Part shown: positions 1-9,992 of the stretch, piece by piece | How the letters are laid out: the number at the start of each line of letters is the position of its first letter | Numbering within the stretch: position 1 is the first letter of the stretch | Source: a virus | Direction: 5' to 3' (one strand) | IMG/VR virus record: IMGVR_UViG_3300027659_003120 | Coordinates: 1 to 64,000 of that record | Length of the DNA stretch: 64,000 nt | The notes under the pieces: generated by a model | What the model saw: the letters and a program-made list of their open reading frames with translations, nothing else | Told to the model about the DNA's origin: nothing | The model's database searches: none | Program-made: the position numbers and the translations under genes

Positions 1-842
1 TACTTCTAGATTTGATGGTAATGCTGCATTTGGTTCTTCTATGCAATCATATGCTAATGGAACATCTTTTGTTGCTAATGGTGGTTCTATTGTAGCGCAA
101 ACCGCTAGATTTAATGCCAACACTTCTATAGGAGAAGAATTAACAACGATTACCATTAATGCTGATAATGCCAGAATATCTGCTAATGCTAATGTTGTAT
201 TCGCTAATGTCACACAACTAAGAGTAAATGATACTTCTAGATTTGATGGTAATGCTGCATTTGGTTCTTCTATGCAATCATATGCTAATGGAACATCTTT
301 TGTTGCGCCTAGTGGTTCTGTTGTAGCAGACAATGCTAGAATAGCAGCCAATACAACTGGTGCTCATTTTGTAGCATCAGGTTCTGTTGTAGCAGACAAT
401 GCTAGAATAACAGCGAATACAACTGGTGCTCATTTTGTAGCATCTGATTCTGTTGTAGCAGACAATGCTAGAATAACAGCCAATACAACTGGTGCTCATT
501 TTGTAGCATCTGGTTCTGTCGTAGCCGATAATGCTAGAATAACAGCCAATACAACTGGTGCTCATTTTGTAGCATCTGGTTCTGTCGTAGCCGATAATGC
601 TAGAATAACTACAAACGCAGCATTTGGTTCTTCTATGCAATCATATGCTAATGGAACATCTTTTGTTGCTAATGGTGGTTCTATTGTAGCGCAATCTGCT
701 AGATTTAATGCTAATACTTCTGTTGGAGAAGAACTAAAAACAATTACCATTAATGCTGATAATGCCAGAATATCTGCTAATGCTAATGTTGTATTCGCTA
801 ATGTCACACAACTAAGAGTAAATGATACTTCTAGATTTGATG
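1..842 (+). repeat. Nested intragenic repeats: a 231-nt unit plus about 4.5 tandem 66-nt units
   Basis: 1-76 recurs at 232-307; the block recurs from about 619 to 842; SGSVVADNARITANTTGAHFVA unit at 314, 380, 446, 512, 578. Confidence 0.9.
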
Positions 843-3640
843 GCGATTCTACTTTTATTGGTAATATGTCGGTTGGTGGAAATATGTCCACGAATCAAAA
901 TTTGACGGTTGGAGGAAATTTTACTATTCTGGGTGATACTTTAATTGATACAAATAAAATTATATTACGGGCTACAACTAAGCAAGTTATAGATGCGGCT
1001 GAATTTGATTCTCTTATAGTTAACCGAACTTCAGGTACGGCTTTCATATATGAGGCTAACAATTCAATAAGATTAAATGGACATGGTTTTGCAAATGGTA
1101 ATGTAGTAACATTTACTTCTTTATTTAATGGACTAACAGGTATTTCAAATAGTACTAGTTTTTTTGTTGTATCATCCGGTGCCCCACTTGGCGGCAATGA
1201 ATTTAAAGTAGCACTAACTTCGGGCGGCACTGCAATTGATATTATTAGTGCATCACCAACATCAACAGCAACAGTAAAAAATACAAGTGAAATTGATGCA
1301 GAAATTCGTTGGAACGAAGCCACGAAAAACTGGCAACTAAGCGATAATGCCAATAAAGATTTAACTACTACATTTGCGAACATTAGTACAGCTAATTCAA
1401 TTCTAACAAGCACCGCATCGGCTCAAGCAAACGTAGGTGCAGCTAGAATAGCAGATGTTGCATCTGCTCAAGCAAACACAGGCGCTGGTTTAATAGCATT
1501 AACATCTTCATATGCAATTAATGGGTTAACTGTAAATTCTTTGAATATTGGTGCTCAAGCAGTTATTAATAGTTCGGGCGCATGGGTTGGGTCAAATTCA
1601 GGTCTTGTCGGTGCTCAAGGTGTTCAAGGACGCCAAGGATTTCAAGGTGTTGTCGGTGCTCAAGGAGTTCAAGGTGTTGTCGGTGCTCAAGGTGTTCAAG
1701 GTGTTGCTGGCGCTCAAGGTGTTCAAGGTGTCGTAGGTGCTCAAGGAGTTCAAGGTGTCGTAGGTGCTCAAGGAGTTCAAGGTGTCGTAGGTGCTCAAGG
1801 AGTTCAAGGTGTTGTTGGTGCTCAAGGAGTTCAAGGTGTCGTAGGTGCTCAAGGTGCTCAAGGACGCCAAGGTGCTCAAGGGTTTCAAGGATTTCAAGGT
1901 GTTGTTGGTGCTCAAGGAGTTCAAGGTGTTGTTGGTGCTCAAGGAGTTCAAGGTGTCGTAGGTGCTCAAGGAGTTCAAGGTGTCGTAGGTGCTCAAGGAG
2001 TTCAAGGTGTTGTCGGTGCTCAAGGCGTTCAAGGTGTTGTCGGTGCTCAAGGCGTTCAAGGTGTTGTCGGTGCTCAAGGTGTTCAAGGAACTGCTGGTGC
2101 TCAAGGCGTTCAAGGAACTGCTGGTGCTCAAGGAGTTCAAGGTGTTGTCGGTGCTCAAGGCGTTCAAGGTGTTGTCGGTGCTCAAGGCGTTCAAGGTGCT
2201 ACTGGTGCTCAAGGTGTTCAAGGAACTGCTGGTGCTCAAGGCGTTCAAGGAACTGCTGGTGCTCAAGGAGTTCAAGGTGCTACTGGTGCTCAAGGAGTTC
2301 AAGGTGCTCAAGGGTTTCAAGGATTTCAAGGTGTTGTCGGTGCTCAAGGAGTTGTCGGTGCTCAAGGCGTTCAAGGTGCTCAAGGACGCCAAGGTGTTCA
2401 AGGTGCAACAGGGCCCGGCACAGTATTCGTATGTAACTCAACCAACATTGTAAGTTGCATTGGTGGTAATGGTAGCAGTGGCGCACACAACAACTTCTTT
2501 GGTGAATTTGCTGGTGCAAGCAACTCAACTGGCAACAACAACAACTTTTTTGGTAGATATTCTGGTCGCTGCAACACCACAGGCGGATACAATAACTTCA
2601 TCGGGCGCCTGGCAGGTAACAAAAACACCTTTGGCTGCTTCAACAACTTCTTTGGCAATCAAGCTGGTTTCGGCAACACGACAGGTTGCAGCAACAACTT
2701 CTTTGGTTGCAATGCTGGTTGCAGTAACACCACTGGCAGCCACAACACCTTCTTTGGCGAACAAGCTGGTTATGCTAACACAACTGGATGCCACAACGCC
2801 TTTTTTGGTTATGAAGCTGGTGCCAATAACACCACTGGCTCCTACAACACCTACATTGGCCGCGCCGCTGGAGGCGGTTCCGGTACCAATGGCATCAATA
2901 ACTTCTATGTCGGTAATTGTGCTGGTCGCTACAACACCATTGGCTGCAACAACACCTTTTTTGGTGTACAAGCTGGTTATAGAAACACAACTGGCGTACA
3001 CAACAACTTCATTGGCCTGCTCGCCGGCGCCTGCAACACCATTGGCACCCATAACATCTTCTTTGGACGATGTGCTGGTTATAGTAACACCACGGGCACT
3101 ACCAACATATTTTTAGGTGACCGGGCAGGGCGAGATGTTACCACTGGCATCAACAACCTATTTTTTAGCGAAATGGCAGGCGTTGGCTTGGCTGGTCTCT
3201 GCAACACCACCACAGAGAGCAATCGCATTATTATGGGTAACCTTGGACATACTGAAGCTTATGTAAAAATTGCTTGGACTGTTACCTCGGATGTCCGTGA
3301 TAAGTGTATCTTCGGAAATGTACCACATGGTCGGAGTTTCTTTGAGAAAATTAATCCAATTAAGTTTGCATTCAAAGATAGAATTACTGGTCTCATAAAA
3401 GATGTAGAGGGAAAACAACGATACGGGTTTTCAGCACAAGAAGTCCTGGAAGCTGAAGGGAATAATCCAGTAATTGTAAATTCAGATAATCCAGAATTAC
3501 TAATGATGACTCCTGACCATATGTTACCTATTTTAGTGAATGCGATTAAAGAACTATCAGCAGAAGTAGATGCACTTATTCCTCTAAAAGAATTGGTGAA
3601 TGAATTGAAATTTGAAATAGAAGAATTAAAGAGAAGATAA
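2..3640 (+). CDS. Long tail fibre (5' truncated): N-terminal repeats, collagen-like shaft, Asn/Gly/Cys repeat head, C-terminal peptidase S74 intramolecular chaperone
   Basis: Frame is open from position 2 (TSRFDGNAAFGSSM), so the start lies upstream of the window; about 89 GXY triplets at 1610-2410; NTTGxxNxFxGxxAG repeats; S74 signature SDVRDK...YGFSAQEV...LVNAIKEL from 3287. Confidence 0.85.
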   Translation, partial: TSRFDGNAAFGSSMQSYANGTSFVANGGSIVAQTARFNANTSIGEELTTITINADNARISANANVVFANVTQLRVNDTSRFDGNAAFGSSMQSYANGTSFVAPSGSVVADNARIAANTTGAHFVASGSVVADNARITANTTGAHFVASDSVVADNARITANTTGAHFVASGSVVADNARITANTTGAHFVASGSVVADNARITTNAAFGSSMQSYANGTSFVANGGSIVAQSARFNANTSVGEELKTITINADNARISANANVVFANVTQLRVNDTSRFDGDSTFIGNMSVGGNMSTNQNLTVGGNFTILGDTLIDTNKIILRATTKQVIDAAEFDSLIVNRTSGTAFIYEANNSIRLNGHGFANGNVVTFTSLFNGLTGISNSTSFFVVSSGAPLGGNEFKVALTSGGTAIDIISASPTSTATVKNTSEIDAEIRWNEATKNWQLSDNANKDLTTTFANISTANSILTSTASAQANVGAARIADVASAQANTGAGLIALTSSYAINGLTVNSLNIGAQAVINSSGAWVGSNSGLVGAQGVQGRQGFQGVVGAQGVQGVVGAQGVQGVAGAQGVQGVVGAQGVQGVVGAQGVQGVVGAQGVQGVVGAQGVQGVVGAQGAQGRQGAQGFQGFQGVVGAQGVQGVVGAQGVQGVVGAQGVQGVVGAQGVQGVVGAQGVQGVVGAQGVQGVVGAQGVQGTAGAQGVQGTAGAQGVQGVVGAQGVQGVVGAQGVQGATGAQGVQGTAGAQGVQGTAGAQGVQGATGAQGVQGAQGFQGFQGVVGAQGVVGAQGVQGAQGRQGVQGATGPGTVFVCNSTNIVSCIGGNGSSGAHNNFFGEFAGASNSTGNNNNFFGRYSGRCNTTGGYNNFIGRLAGNKNTFGCFNNFFGNQAGFGNTTGCSNNFFGCNAGCSNTTGSHNTFFGEQAGYANTTGCHNAFFGYEAGANNTTGSYNTYIGRAAGGGSGTNGINNFYVGNCAGRYNTIGCNNTFFGVQAGYRNTTGVHNNFIGLLAGACNTIGTHNIFFGRCAGYSNTTGTTNIFLGDRAGRDVTTGINNLFFSEMAGVGLAGLCNTTTESNRIIMGNLGHTEAYVKIAWTVTSDVRDKCIFGNVPHGRSFFEKINPIKFAFKDRITGLIKDVEGKQRYGFSAQEVLEAEGNNPVIVNSDNPELLMMTPDHMLPILVNAIKELSAEVDALIPLKELVNELKFEIEELKRR
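1610..2410 (+). repeat. Collagen-like (GAQ/GVQ/GVV) coding repeat
   Basis: 9-nt periodic ggtgctcaa/ggagttcaa array. Confidence 0.95.
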
Positions 3641-3641
3641 A

Positions 3642-3974
3642 ATGGCTGCATTTTCTGAAATAGTTATTGAACAGGGCGCAACATTTAGTACTACAATAAA
3701 TGTTGAAGATACTGCTGGTGCTGCAATTAATCTATATGGTTACACCGCAAATTCAATGATGCGTAAATCTTATTATTCATCTAGTGCTACTACGATTACA
3801 TCTACAGTAACCGGTACCGCAAATGGAGAAGTAACTCTTTCCTTAACTTCAGGTACTACTTCAGGATTAACTCCTGGAAGATATGTATATGACGTTATTA
3901 TTACATCATCAACTTCTGTTGTAACAAGAGTTATTGAAGGAATTGTTACTATTTTACCTTCAGTTACGAGATAA
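3642..3974 (+). CDS. Small virion/tail-associated beta-sandwich protein
   Basis: IEQGATFSTTINV...GRYVYDV...RVIEG pattern typical of small structural proteins beside fibres in T4-like phages. Confidence 0.6.
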   Translation: MAAFSEIVIEQGATFSTTINVEDTAGAAINLYGYTANSMMRKSYYSSSATTITSTVTGTANGEVTLSLTSGTTSGLTPGRYVYDVIITSSTSVVTRVIEGIVTILPSVTR

Positions 3975-3976
3975 TA

Positions 3977-4231
3977 ATGGTAACAGCTAGAATTAATTCT
4001 TCAGGTGTAATTGGCATAGTTGCTGTTCGCCCAAATCAAAGAACAACGATTGCTGACCCAAAATTTGCTCCTAAACCTAATGTTGGTTTAGTTGAATTAT
4101 TTGATACCATTATAAGTTCGGCTCAAGATGGAGATGTAATCTCATTTGTTGCAAGTACAGGAAAATTTGAAAATAAATCTATAGAGACTTTATCGGTACC
4201 AGCTACATACATTAATGGCGGTTTATTTTAA
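3977..4231 (+). CDS. Hypothetical tail-associated protein ending NGGLF
   Basis: Tightly packed ORF; C-terminal GGxF motif shared with the next two genes. Confidence 0.6.
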   Translation: MVTARINSSGVIGIVAVRPNQRTTIADPKFAPKPNVGLVELFDTIISSAQDGDVISFVASTGKFENKSIETLSVPATYINGGLF

Positions 4232-4284
4232 CATAAATATGTACATAAGAATAAAAAGATTTTTAAAAAATTAAGGAGAGAAAA

Positions 4285-6129
4285 ATGGCACTAATTCAAG
4301 TAAAATTTTCAGGCGAGACTAATAAACCACCTTCGCTAAATGTAGCGGAACCGGCATATTCTAATGTCTCTAATACCCTTTGGATTGATGATGGTAGAGG
4401 AGTTGTTCCTATTGGTGGTACAGCATACACTGAAAAAATTGATACGGCTGCATCTGCGGCTACTGCAAACGTAATAGTTAAAAGAGACACTACAGGAAAT
4501 GCAGCATTTAATTACATCACTAGTAATGTAATAGGTAATGCAACAAGTTCAGATAAATGGTTTACCCCTAGGTACATAGGTGTTTCTGGAGATGCTAGTG
4601 GTTTAATTTCAGTAGACGGCACTGCAAATGCTAATATTCCATTGATTCTTTCTAATACAGCAGTAACTCCTGGAAATTACGGTGGTTCCACAAATGCAGC
4701 AGTATTTACTGTTGATTCAAAAGGTCGCTTAACAAGTGCGGCTAATATTGCAATTTCCACAACATTATACTATAGTGGTGATAATAATGATGCTAACGGC
4801 AGTCTATCTTTAATTGAAGATTTTTTAAGAATCAAAGGTGGTCCTTCTGGAGGTATTAATACTATTGCAGTAGATGCAAATAATACGATACTTGTTGCAG
4901 TAGATAATACAGTAGTTAGAACTTCAGGTAATCAATCTATTGATGGTGATTTGTCATTAACAGGAAGTTTATTTGTTGCCGGAAACACAACAATAGTTAA
5001 TACAACAACAGTATCTACAGCAGACTCATTAATTAAACTAGCAGCAAATAATACAACAAGTGATATTTTAGATATTGGTTTCTATGGCGTTGCTAATACT
5101 GGCTTAGCCAATACACATCATGGTCTTATCCGTAGAGCAGCTGGCGATTTCTTTTTATTCAAAAATTTAACTTCTGACCCAACATCAAATGTTCTATCAG
5201 CAGGTTCTGTAACTGCTGCTAATACTGCTACCGTTCGTGCAAACTTAACTGGTGGTATGGTTTTCGCTTTAGCAAATACAATTAGTGTTGTTGACGGTGG
5301 TACTGGTGTAGGCACATTTTCTGTTGGTAGCATTCTAGTTGGCGATGGAACAAATTCATTAAAAGTTCTTGCTAATACTGGTACAGCCGGTGCTTACGGT
5401 TCCGCATCAAATACACTTATCCTTACAACTGATGCATATGGGCGCATATCTGCTATTACAAATAGTGCAATTTCTCTAGATATTAGTTCAATTACTTCTG
5501 GCGTTTTAGGAGTTAGTAGAGGTGGTACAAATAATGACACTTATACCACTGGTGCCTCAGTATTCTATGATGGTACTGGAATTAAAACACTTGCTAATAC
5601 AGGTACTGCTGGTGTATATGCAAATGCATCCCATGTTCCTGTTATTACTACTGATGCTTACGGCAGAGTTTCTGGTGTAACCAATACTGCAATTGCAATT
5701 GATGCAAATGCTGTTACTTCTGGCAAATTAGCGATTCTAAGAGGTGGTACAAATAATGACACTTATACCACTGGTGCCGCAGTATTCTATGATGGCACAT
5801 CTATTAAAACTCTCGCTAATACAGGTACTGCTGGTGTATTTGCAAATGCATCTCATGTTCCTGTTATTACCACTGATGCGTTAGGACGTATTTCTAATAT
5901 AACTAACACTGCAATCGTTATTGATACAAGTGCTGTTACTTCTGGTACATTTGGAGTTGTAAGAGGTGGTACTGGCAATAGTTCATTTGCAATTAAAGGT
6001 GTTATTGTTTCTGACCCAACTTCATCAACTGGCGCTTTATCTGCATTGACTTCAGCTACAGAGGGTCATATATTACAAATAGTATCAGGAGTGCCAACTT
6101 TTGGTCATTTAAACGGTGGTTCATTCTAA
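4285..6129 (+). CDS. Tail fibre-like structural protein
   Basis: SD aaggag; N-terminal IQVK..P.SL..AEPA (Mtd_N-like); TVDSKGR/TTDAYGR fibre motifs; 222-nt internal repeat (5518, 5740). Confidence 0.75.
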   Translation: MALIQVKFSGETNKPPSLNVAEPAYSNVSNTLWIDDGRGVVPIGGTAYTEKIDTAASAATANVIVKRDTTGNAAFNYITSNVIGNATSSDKWFTPRYIGVSGDASGLISVDGTANANIPLILSNTAVTPGNYGGSTNAAVFTVDSKGRLTSAANIAISTTLYYSGDNNDANGSLSLIEDFLRIKGGPSGGINTIAVDANNTILVAVDNTVVRTSGNQSIDGDLSLTGSLFVAGNTTIVNTTTVSTADSLIKLAANNTTSDILDIGFYGVANTGLANTHHGLIRRAAGDFFLFKNLTSDPTSNVLSAGSVTAANTATVRANLTGGMVFALANTISVVDGGTGVGTFSVGSILVGDGTNSLKVLANTGTAGAYGSASNTLILTTDAYGRISAITNSAISLDISSITSGVLGVSRGGTNNDTYTTGASVFYDGTGIKTLANTGTAGVYANASHVPVITTDAYGRVSGVTNTAIAIDANAVTSGKLAILRGGTNNDTYTTGAAVFYDGTSIKTLANTGTAGVFANASHVPVITTDALGRISNITNTAIVIDTSAVTSGTFGVVRGGTGNSSFAIKGVIVSDPTSSTGALSALTSATEGHILQIVSGVPTFGHLNGGSF

Positions 6130-6151
6130 ATTATAATGAAAGGGTTTTATT

Positions 6152-6955
6152 ATGGATGTGAGATTACAAAATGCTTATGTAGAGGTTCTGCTTAACAATT
6201 TTATAGAGGTTGTAAAGCAGAATCTATTACTTCAAGCACAACATGAAGTAAATAAAAATGGTTTTAAAGAAGCTGAGTATACGGTAGAAAAATTTAAAGA
6301 AATTTCTGATAATAATATTGTTTATCAAAATAAATTAACTGAAAATGATAATACAATAAATCAGTTAAATAATAGAGTAAATCAATTAATAACTGAAAGA
6401 GATGATATTAAATTACTATCTGCTAAAAACTATACAGACAAACAAGAAAAAGATAGGCTACAAAGCGCAGTTAATGATTATATGAGGCAATTAAAAACTG
6501 CTCAAGAAGACTTGTTATTAATTAAAAATGAATCCCTGTCAGATAAACTAGAAAAAAATAAACTACAAACCGTAGTTAATGATTACATGAGCCAATTGAA
6601 AACTGCTCAGGAAGAATTGTCGTCATTTAAAAATGTATCTCAAGAACTTAATGTTCAAAAAGATAAACTACAAACTGAAGTTAATGGATATATGACGCAA
6701 TTAAAAACTGCTCAGGAAGAATTGTCGTCATTTAAGAATGCATCGCAAGATGTTTTGTCGCAAAATAATAATCGCATTGAAGAACTCACCAGACATATTA
6801 TAAAATTGGAATCAGCATCTTCCGTTAACAAAATTAAAAAAGTTAAACCCGGTGAAATTTCTCAACTTAATCTTCAAGAGGATGAAGTTGAAATAGCAAA
6901 ATTACCAATGGAATATAGTACTAATGATATAGTCAAAGCTGGCGGAACATTCTAA
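6152..6955 (+). CDS. Coiled-coil protein with three LQxxVNxYMxQLKTAQE repeats
   Basis: Heptad-rich sequence with internal repeats; ends AGGTF. Confidence 0.7.
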   Translation: MDVRLQNAYVEVLLNNFIEVVKQNLLLQAQHEVNKNGFKEAEYTVEKFKEISDNNIVYQNKLTENDNTINQLNNRVNQLITERDDIKLLSAKNYTDKQEKDRLQSAVNDYMRQLKTAQEDLLLIKNESLSDKLEKNKLQTVVNDYMSQLKTAQEELSSFKNVSQELNVQKDKLQTEVNGYMTQLKTAQEELSSFKNASQDVLSQNNNRIEELTRHIIKLESASSVNKIKKVKPGEISQLNLQEDEVEIAKLPMEYSTNDIVKAGGTF

Positions 6956-6965
6956 AATTCTGTAA

Positions 6966-9653
6966 ATGAGTGCTCCGCCAGCTCCGTCAAATACAATAAT
7001 TCAGATAAAAAATTCTGGAGCAAGTGGTAATGTACCCAACTCATTATCGCCGGGTGAACTTGCAATCAATTATTTTGATGGTAAACTATATTATGGAAAC
7101 ACCACATCAAGCTCTATTTTATTTGATGTAATAACAGAACCTTCTGGATTAAATCAAGAGATACAATTCAATAATTCTGGTGCTTTTGGCGCATCGCCGA
7201 ATCTTAAATATAATACAGCAAATAATGAATTAATTGTTACTGGTAATGTAATTGTAGCTGGTGATATATCTCCAAACACAGATAATATTTACAGTTTAGG
7301 TACAAGTTCAAACCGCTGGAAAGATTTGTATGTTGGACCAGGATCAATTGACATTGATGGTGTTATTCTTGAAATAATTAACGGGCAATTGGTAATCACC
7401 AGTGCATCGGATATACTTTTAATATCAACAACAGGTCCTTCAGTATCAGTATTAGATAGTGCTAACACTGCAAACTTTGCTAATACTCAAGCAAATGCAG
7501 CTTATAATCTTGCAAATTCAGCAATATCTGTATCCGGTGGTACTATTAATGGAAATTTAATTATTACTGGAGATTTAACTGTTTCAGGTAATACAACAAC
7601 TATTAACACTACAGAATTAAATGTAGCGGATAGTGAAATAGTTCTTAACACCGATTGGCCTTCTGCTATTCCTACTCAAAATGCAGGAATAACAATCAAT
7701 AGAGGATCACTAGCTAATAATCCAAATGTTTTTATTCGTTGGAACGAAACCGATGACTATTGGGTTTTAAAAGATAATGTTGGTGAATTTATTATTGCTA
7801 CAACAGCAAATGTTGGTTCTGGTTTAATAGGGTTAACATCTTCATATGCAATTAATGGGTTAACTGTAAATTCTTTGAATATTGGCAACCAGACAGTTAT
7901 CAGCAGTTCGGGTCAATGGGTGGGTTCAAATACTGGACTTATTGGTGCTCAAGGAGTTCAAGGTGCAACAGGTGTTCAAGGATTTCAAGGTGTTGCTGGT
8001 GCTCAAGGTGTTTTAGGCGCTCAAGGAGTTCAAGGTGCAACTGGTGTTCAAGGATTTCAAGGTGTTGCTGGTGCTCAAGGTGTTTTAGGCGCTCAAGGAG
8101 TTCAAGGTGCAACTGGTGTTCAAGGATTTCAAGGTGTTGCTGGTGCTCAAGGTGTTTTAGGCGCTCAAGGAGTTCAAGGTGCAACTGGTGTTCAAGGATT
8201 TCAAGGTGTTGCTGGTGCTCAAGGTGTTTTAGGCGCTCAAGGAGTTCAAGGTGCAACTGGTGTTCAAGGATTTCAAGGTGTTGCTGGTGCTCAAGGAGAT
8301 GTTGGCGCTCAAGGCGCTACTGGCGTTCAAGGTGCAACTGGTGTTCAAGGATTTCAAGGTGTTGCTGGTGCTCAAGGAGATGTTGGCGCTCAAGGCGCTA
8401 CTGGCGTTCAAGGTCATCAAGGCGTTGCGGGTGCTCAAGGTGTTTTAGGTGCTCAAGGCGTTCAAGGTGCTCAAGGATTTCAAGGAACCGTAGGTGCTCA
8501 AGGAGTTCAAGGTGCAACAGGTGTTCAAGGAGTTCAAGGTGTTGCTGGTGCTCAGGGGGATGTTGGCGCTCAAGGATTTCAAGGTGCTGTTGGTGCTCAA
8601 GGAGTTCAAGGTACTAATGGAACTCAAGGCGCTGTTGGTGCCCAAGGTGCTGTTGGCGCTCAAGGAGTTCAAGGTACTAATGGTACTTTAGGTACTCAAG
8701 GTGCCCAAGGGTTTCAAGGTGATGTTGGTGCCCAAGGTGTTGTTGGTGCCCAAGGTGTTGTTGGTGCTCAAGGAGTTCAAGGTACTAATGGTACTTTAGG
8801 CACTCAAGGTGCTCAAGGGTTTCAAGGTGCTGTTGGTGCTCAAGGAGTTCAAGGAGCAACAGGACCTGTAGCAGGCAGTAACACACAAATCATATTCAAT
8901 GATGCAGGAGCAGCAGGAGCTAGTGCTAATTTAACATTCAACAAAACATCTAATGATTTACTACTTGCAGGCAATGCAAACATCACTGGTAATGTAACAC
9001 TAAGTGGTGCTAACATATCATTGGGTTCAGTTAGTAACGTACATATTACAGGAGGTGCTAACGGATATGTATTAAGCACTGATGGCGACGGCACATTAAG
9101 TTGGATACTAACATCAGCTTCTGGTTCTAATATAGTAATTGACACATTCTCTGGCACTGGTGCACAAACAGTTTTTACTTTATCCAATGCACCAACCTCA
9201 GAAGATTATACACTTATTAATATTGATGGTGTAAGTCAACTACATTCAGCATATACGGTTGTTAATTCGGATGTTACATTAAGTTCTCCGCCGGTTAGCG
9301 GAGCCGCAATTGAGGTAATGTCATTTACACTTGGCGGTGCTGGCGGTGGCGGCACATCTATTAACAATGGCACGAGTAATGTTAAGATTGCAACTTCTGG
9401 TGGTAATGTATCTACCAGTGTGGCAGGCAATTCTAATATTTTTGTAGTTACGGGTACTGGAGCAAACATTAATGGTACACTTGGAATAACAGGTCAAAGT
9501 AATTTAGGTGCAGTCGGTAATGTAGTCATTACAGGAGGTTCGCCAAATTATGTGTTACAGACTGACGGTTCTGGAACATTATCTTGGGTAACACAAAGTG
9601 GTGGAATAACAGCACAAGATTTATTAAGTCCTTTCTTATTAATGGGAGCATAA
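6966..9653 (+). CDS. Collagen-like tail fibre protein
   Basis: Mtd_N-like N-terminus (IQIKNSG..P.SL..GELAIN); about 102 GXY triplets at 7944-8862; VLxTDGxGxLSW motifs. Confidence 0.85.
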   Translation: MSAPPAPSNTIIQIKNSGASGNVPNSLSPGELAINYFDGKLYYGNTTSSSILFDVITEPSGLNQEIQFNNSGAFGASPNLKYNTANNELIVTGNVIVAGDISPNTDNIYSLGTSSNRWKDLYVGPGSIDIDGVILEIINGQLVITSASDILLISTTGPSVSVLDSANTANFANTQANAAYNLANSAISVSGGTINGNLIITGDLTVSGNTTTINTTELNVADSEIVLNTDWPSAIPTQNAGITINRGSLANNPNVFIRWNETDDYWVLKDNVGEFIIATTANVGSGLIGLTSSYAINGLTVNSLNIGNQTVISSSGQWVGSNTGLIGAQGVQGATGVQGFQGVAGAQGVLGAQGVQGATGVQGFQGVAGAQGVLGAQGVQGATGVQGFQGVAGAQGVLGAQGVQGATGVQGFQGVAGAQGVLGAQGVQGATGVQGFQGVAGAQGDVGAQGATGVQGATGVQGFQGVAGAQGDVGAQGATGVQGHQGVAGAQGVLGAQGVQGAQGFQGTVGAQGVQGATGVQGVQGVAGAQGDVGAQGFQGAVGAQGVQGTNGTQGAVGAQGAVGAQGVQGTNGTLGTQGAQGFQGDVGAQGVVGAQGVVGAQGVQGTNGTLGTQGAQGFQGAVGAQGVQGATGPVAGSNTQIIFNDAGAAGASANLTFNKTSNDLLLAGNANITGNVTLSGANISLGSVSNVHITGGANGYVLSTDGDGTLSWILTSASGSNIVIDTFSGTGAQTVFTLSNAPTSEDYTLINIDGVSQLHSAYTVVNSDVTLSSPPVSGAAIEVMSFTLGGAGGGGTSINNGTSNVKIATSGGNVSTSVAGNSNIFVVTGTGANINGTLGITGQSNLGAVGNVVITGGSPNYVLQTDGSGTLSWVTQSGGITAQDLLSPFLLMGA
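7944..8862 (+). repeat. Collagen-like repeat containing tandem 72-nt units
   Basis: [24 protein letters not shown] unit repeated identically (8034, 8106, 8178). Confidence 0.95.
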
Positions 9654-9662
9654 AGAAATATC

Positions 9663-9992
9663 ATGGCAATCACATATAAAGTTTTAGGACAAAGTAATCC
9701 AGCAGCGAATACAGACACCGCTCTGTATACTGTACCAGCAGCTACTTCAGCAGTATGTAGTACTATTGTTGTCTGTAATCAAGCAGCAAGTGCAGCAACA
9801 TTTAGAATTGCAGTAAGAGTAGCTAATGCTTCACTAACAGCATCCCAATATATATCATATGATACTAATATAAATGCAAATGATAGTATTACTATTACTA
9901 TTGGTATTACGTTAGCGGCAACTGATGTAATTAGTGTACGTGCTAGTACAACAACAGTTAGTTTTAACTTATTTGGTTCACAGATAACATGA
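9663..9992 (+). CDS. Small tail-associated beta-sandwich protein
   Basis: YKVLGQSNP..T.T.LYTVP pattern seen beside phage fibres; ATGA overlap with the next gene. Confidence 0.6.
   Translation: MAITYKVLGQSNPAANTDTALYTVPAATSAVCSTIVVCNQAASAATFRIAVRVANASLTASQYISYDTNINANDSITITIGITLAATDVISVRASTTTVSFNLFGSQIT

Noticed and set aside
2480-3220. DGR template or variable repeat suggested by AAC-rich sequence
   Set aside because: AAC reflects Asn-rich protein repeats; no second copy differing only at adenines and no reverse transcriptase in the window
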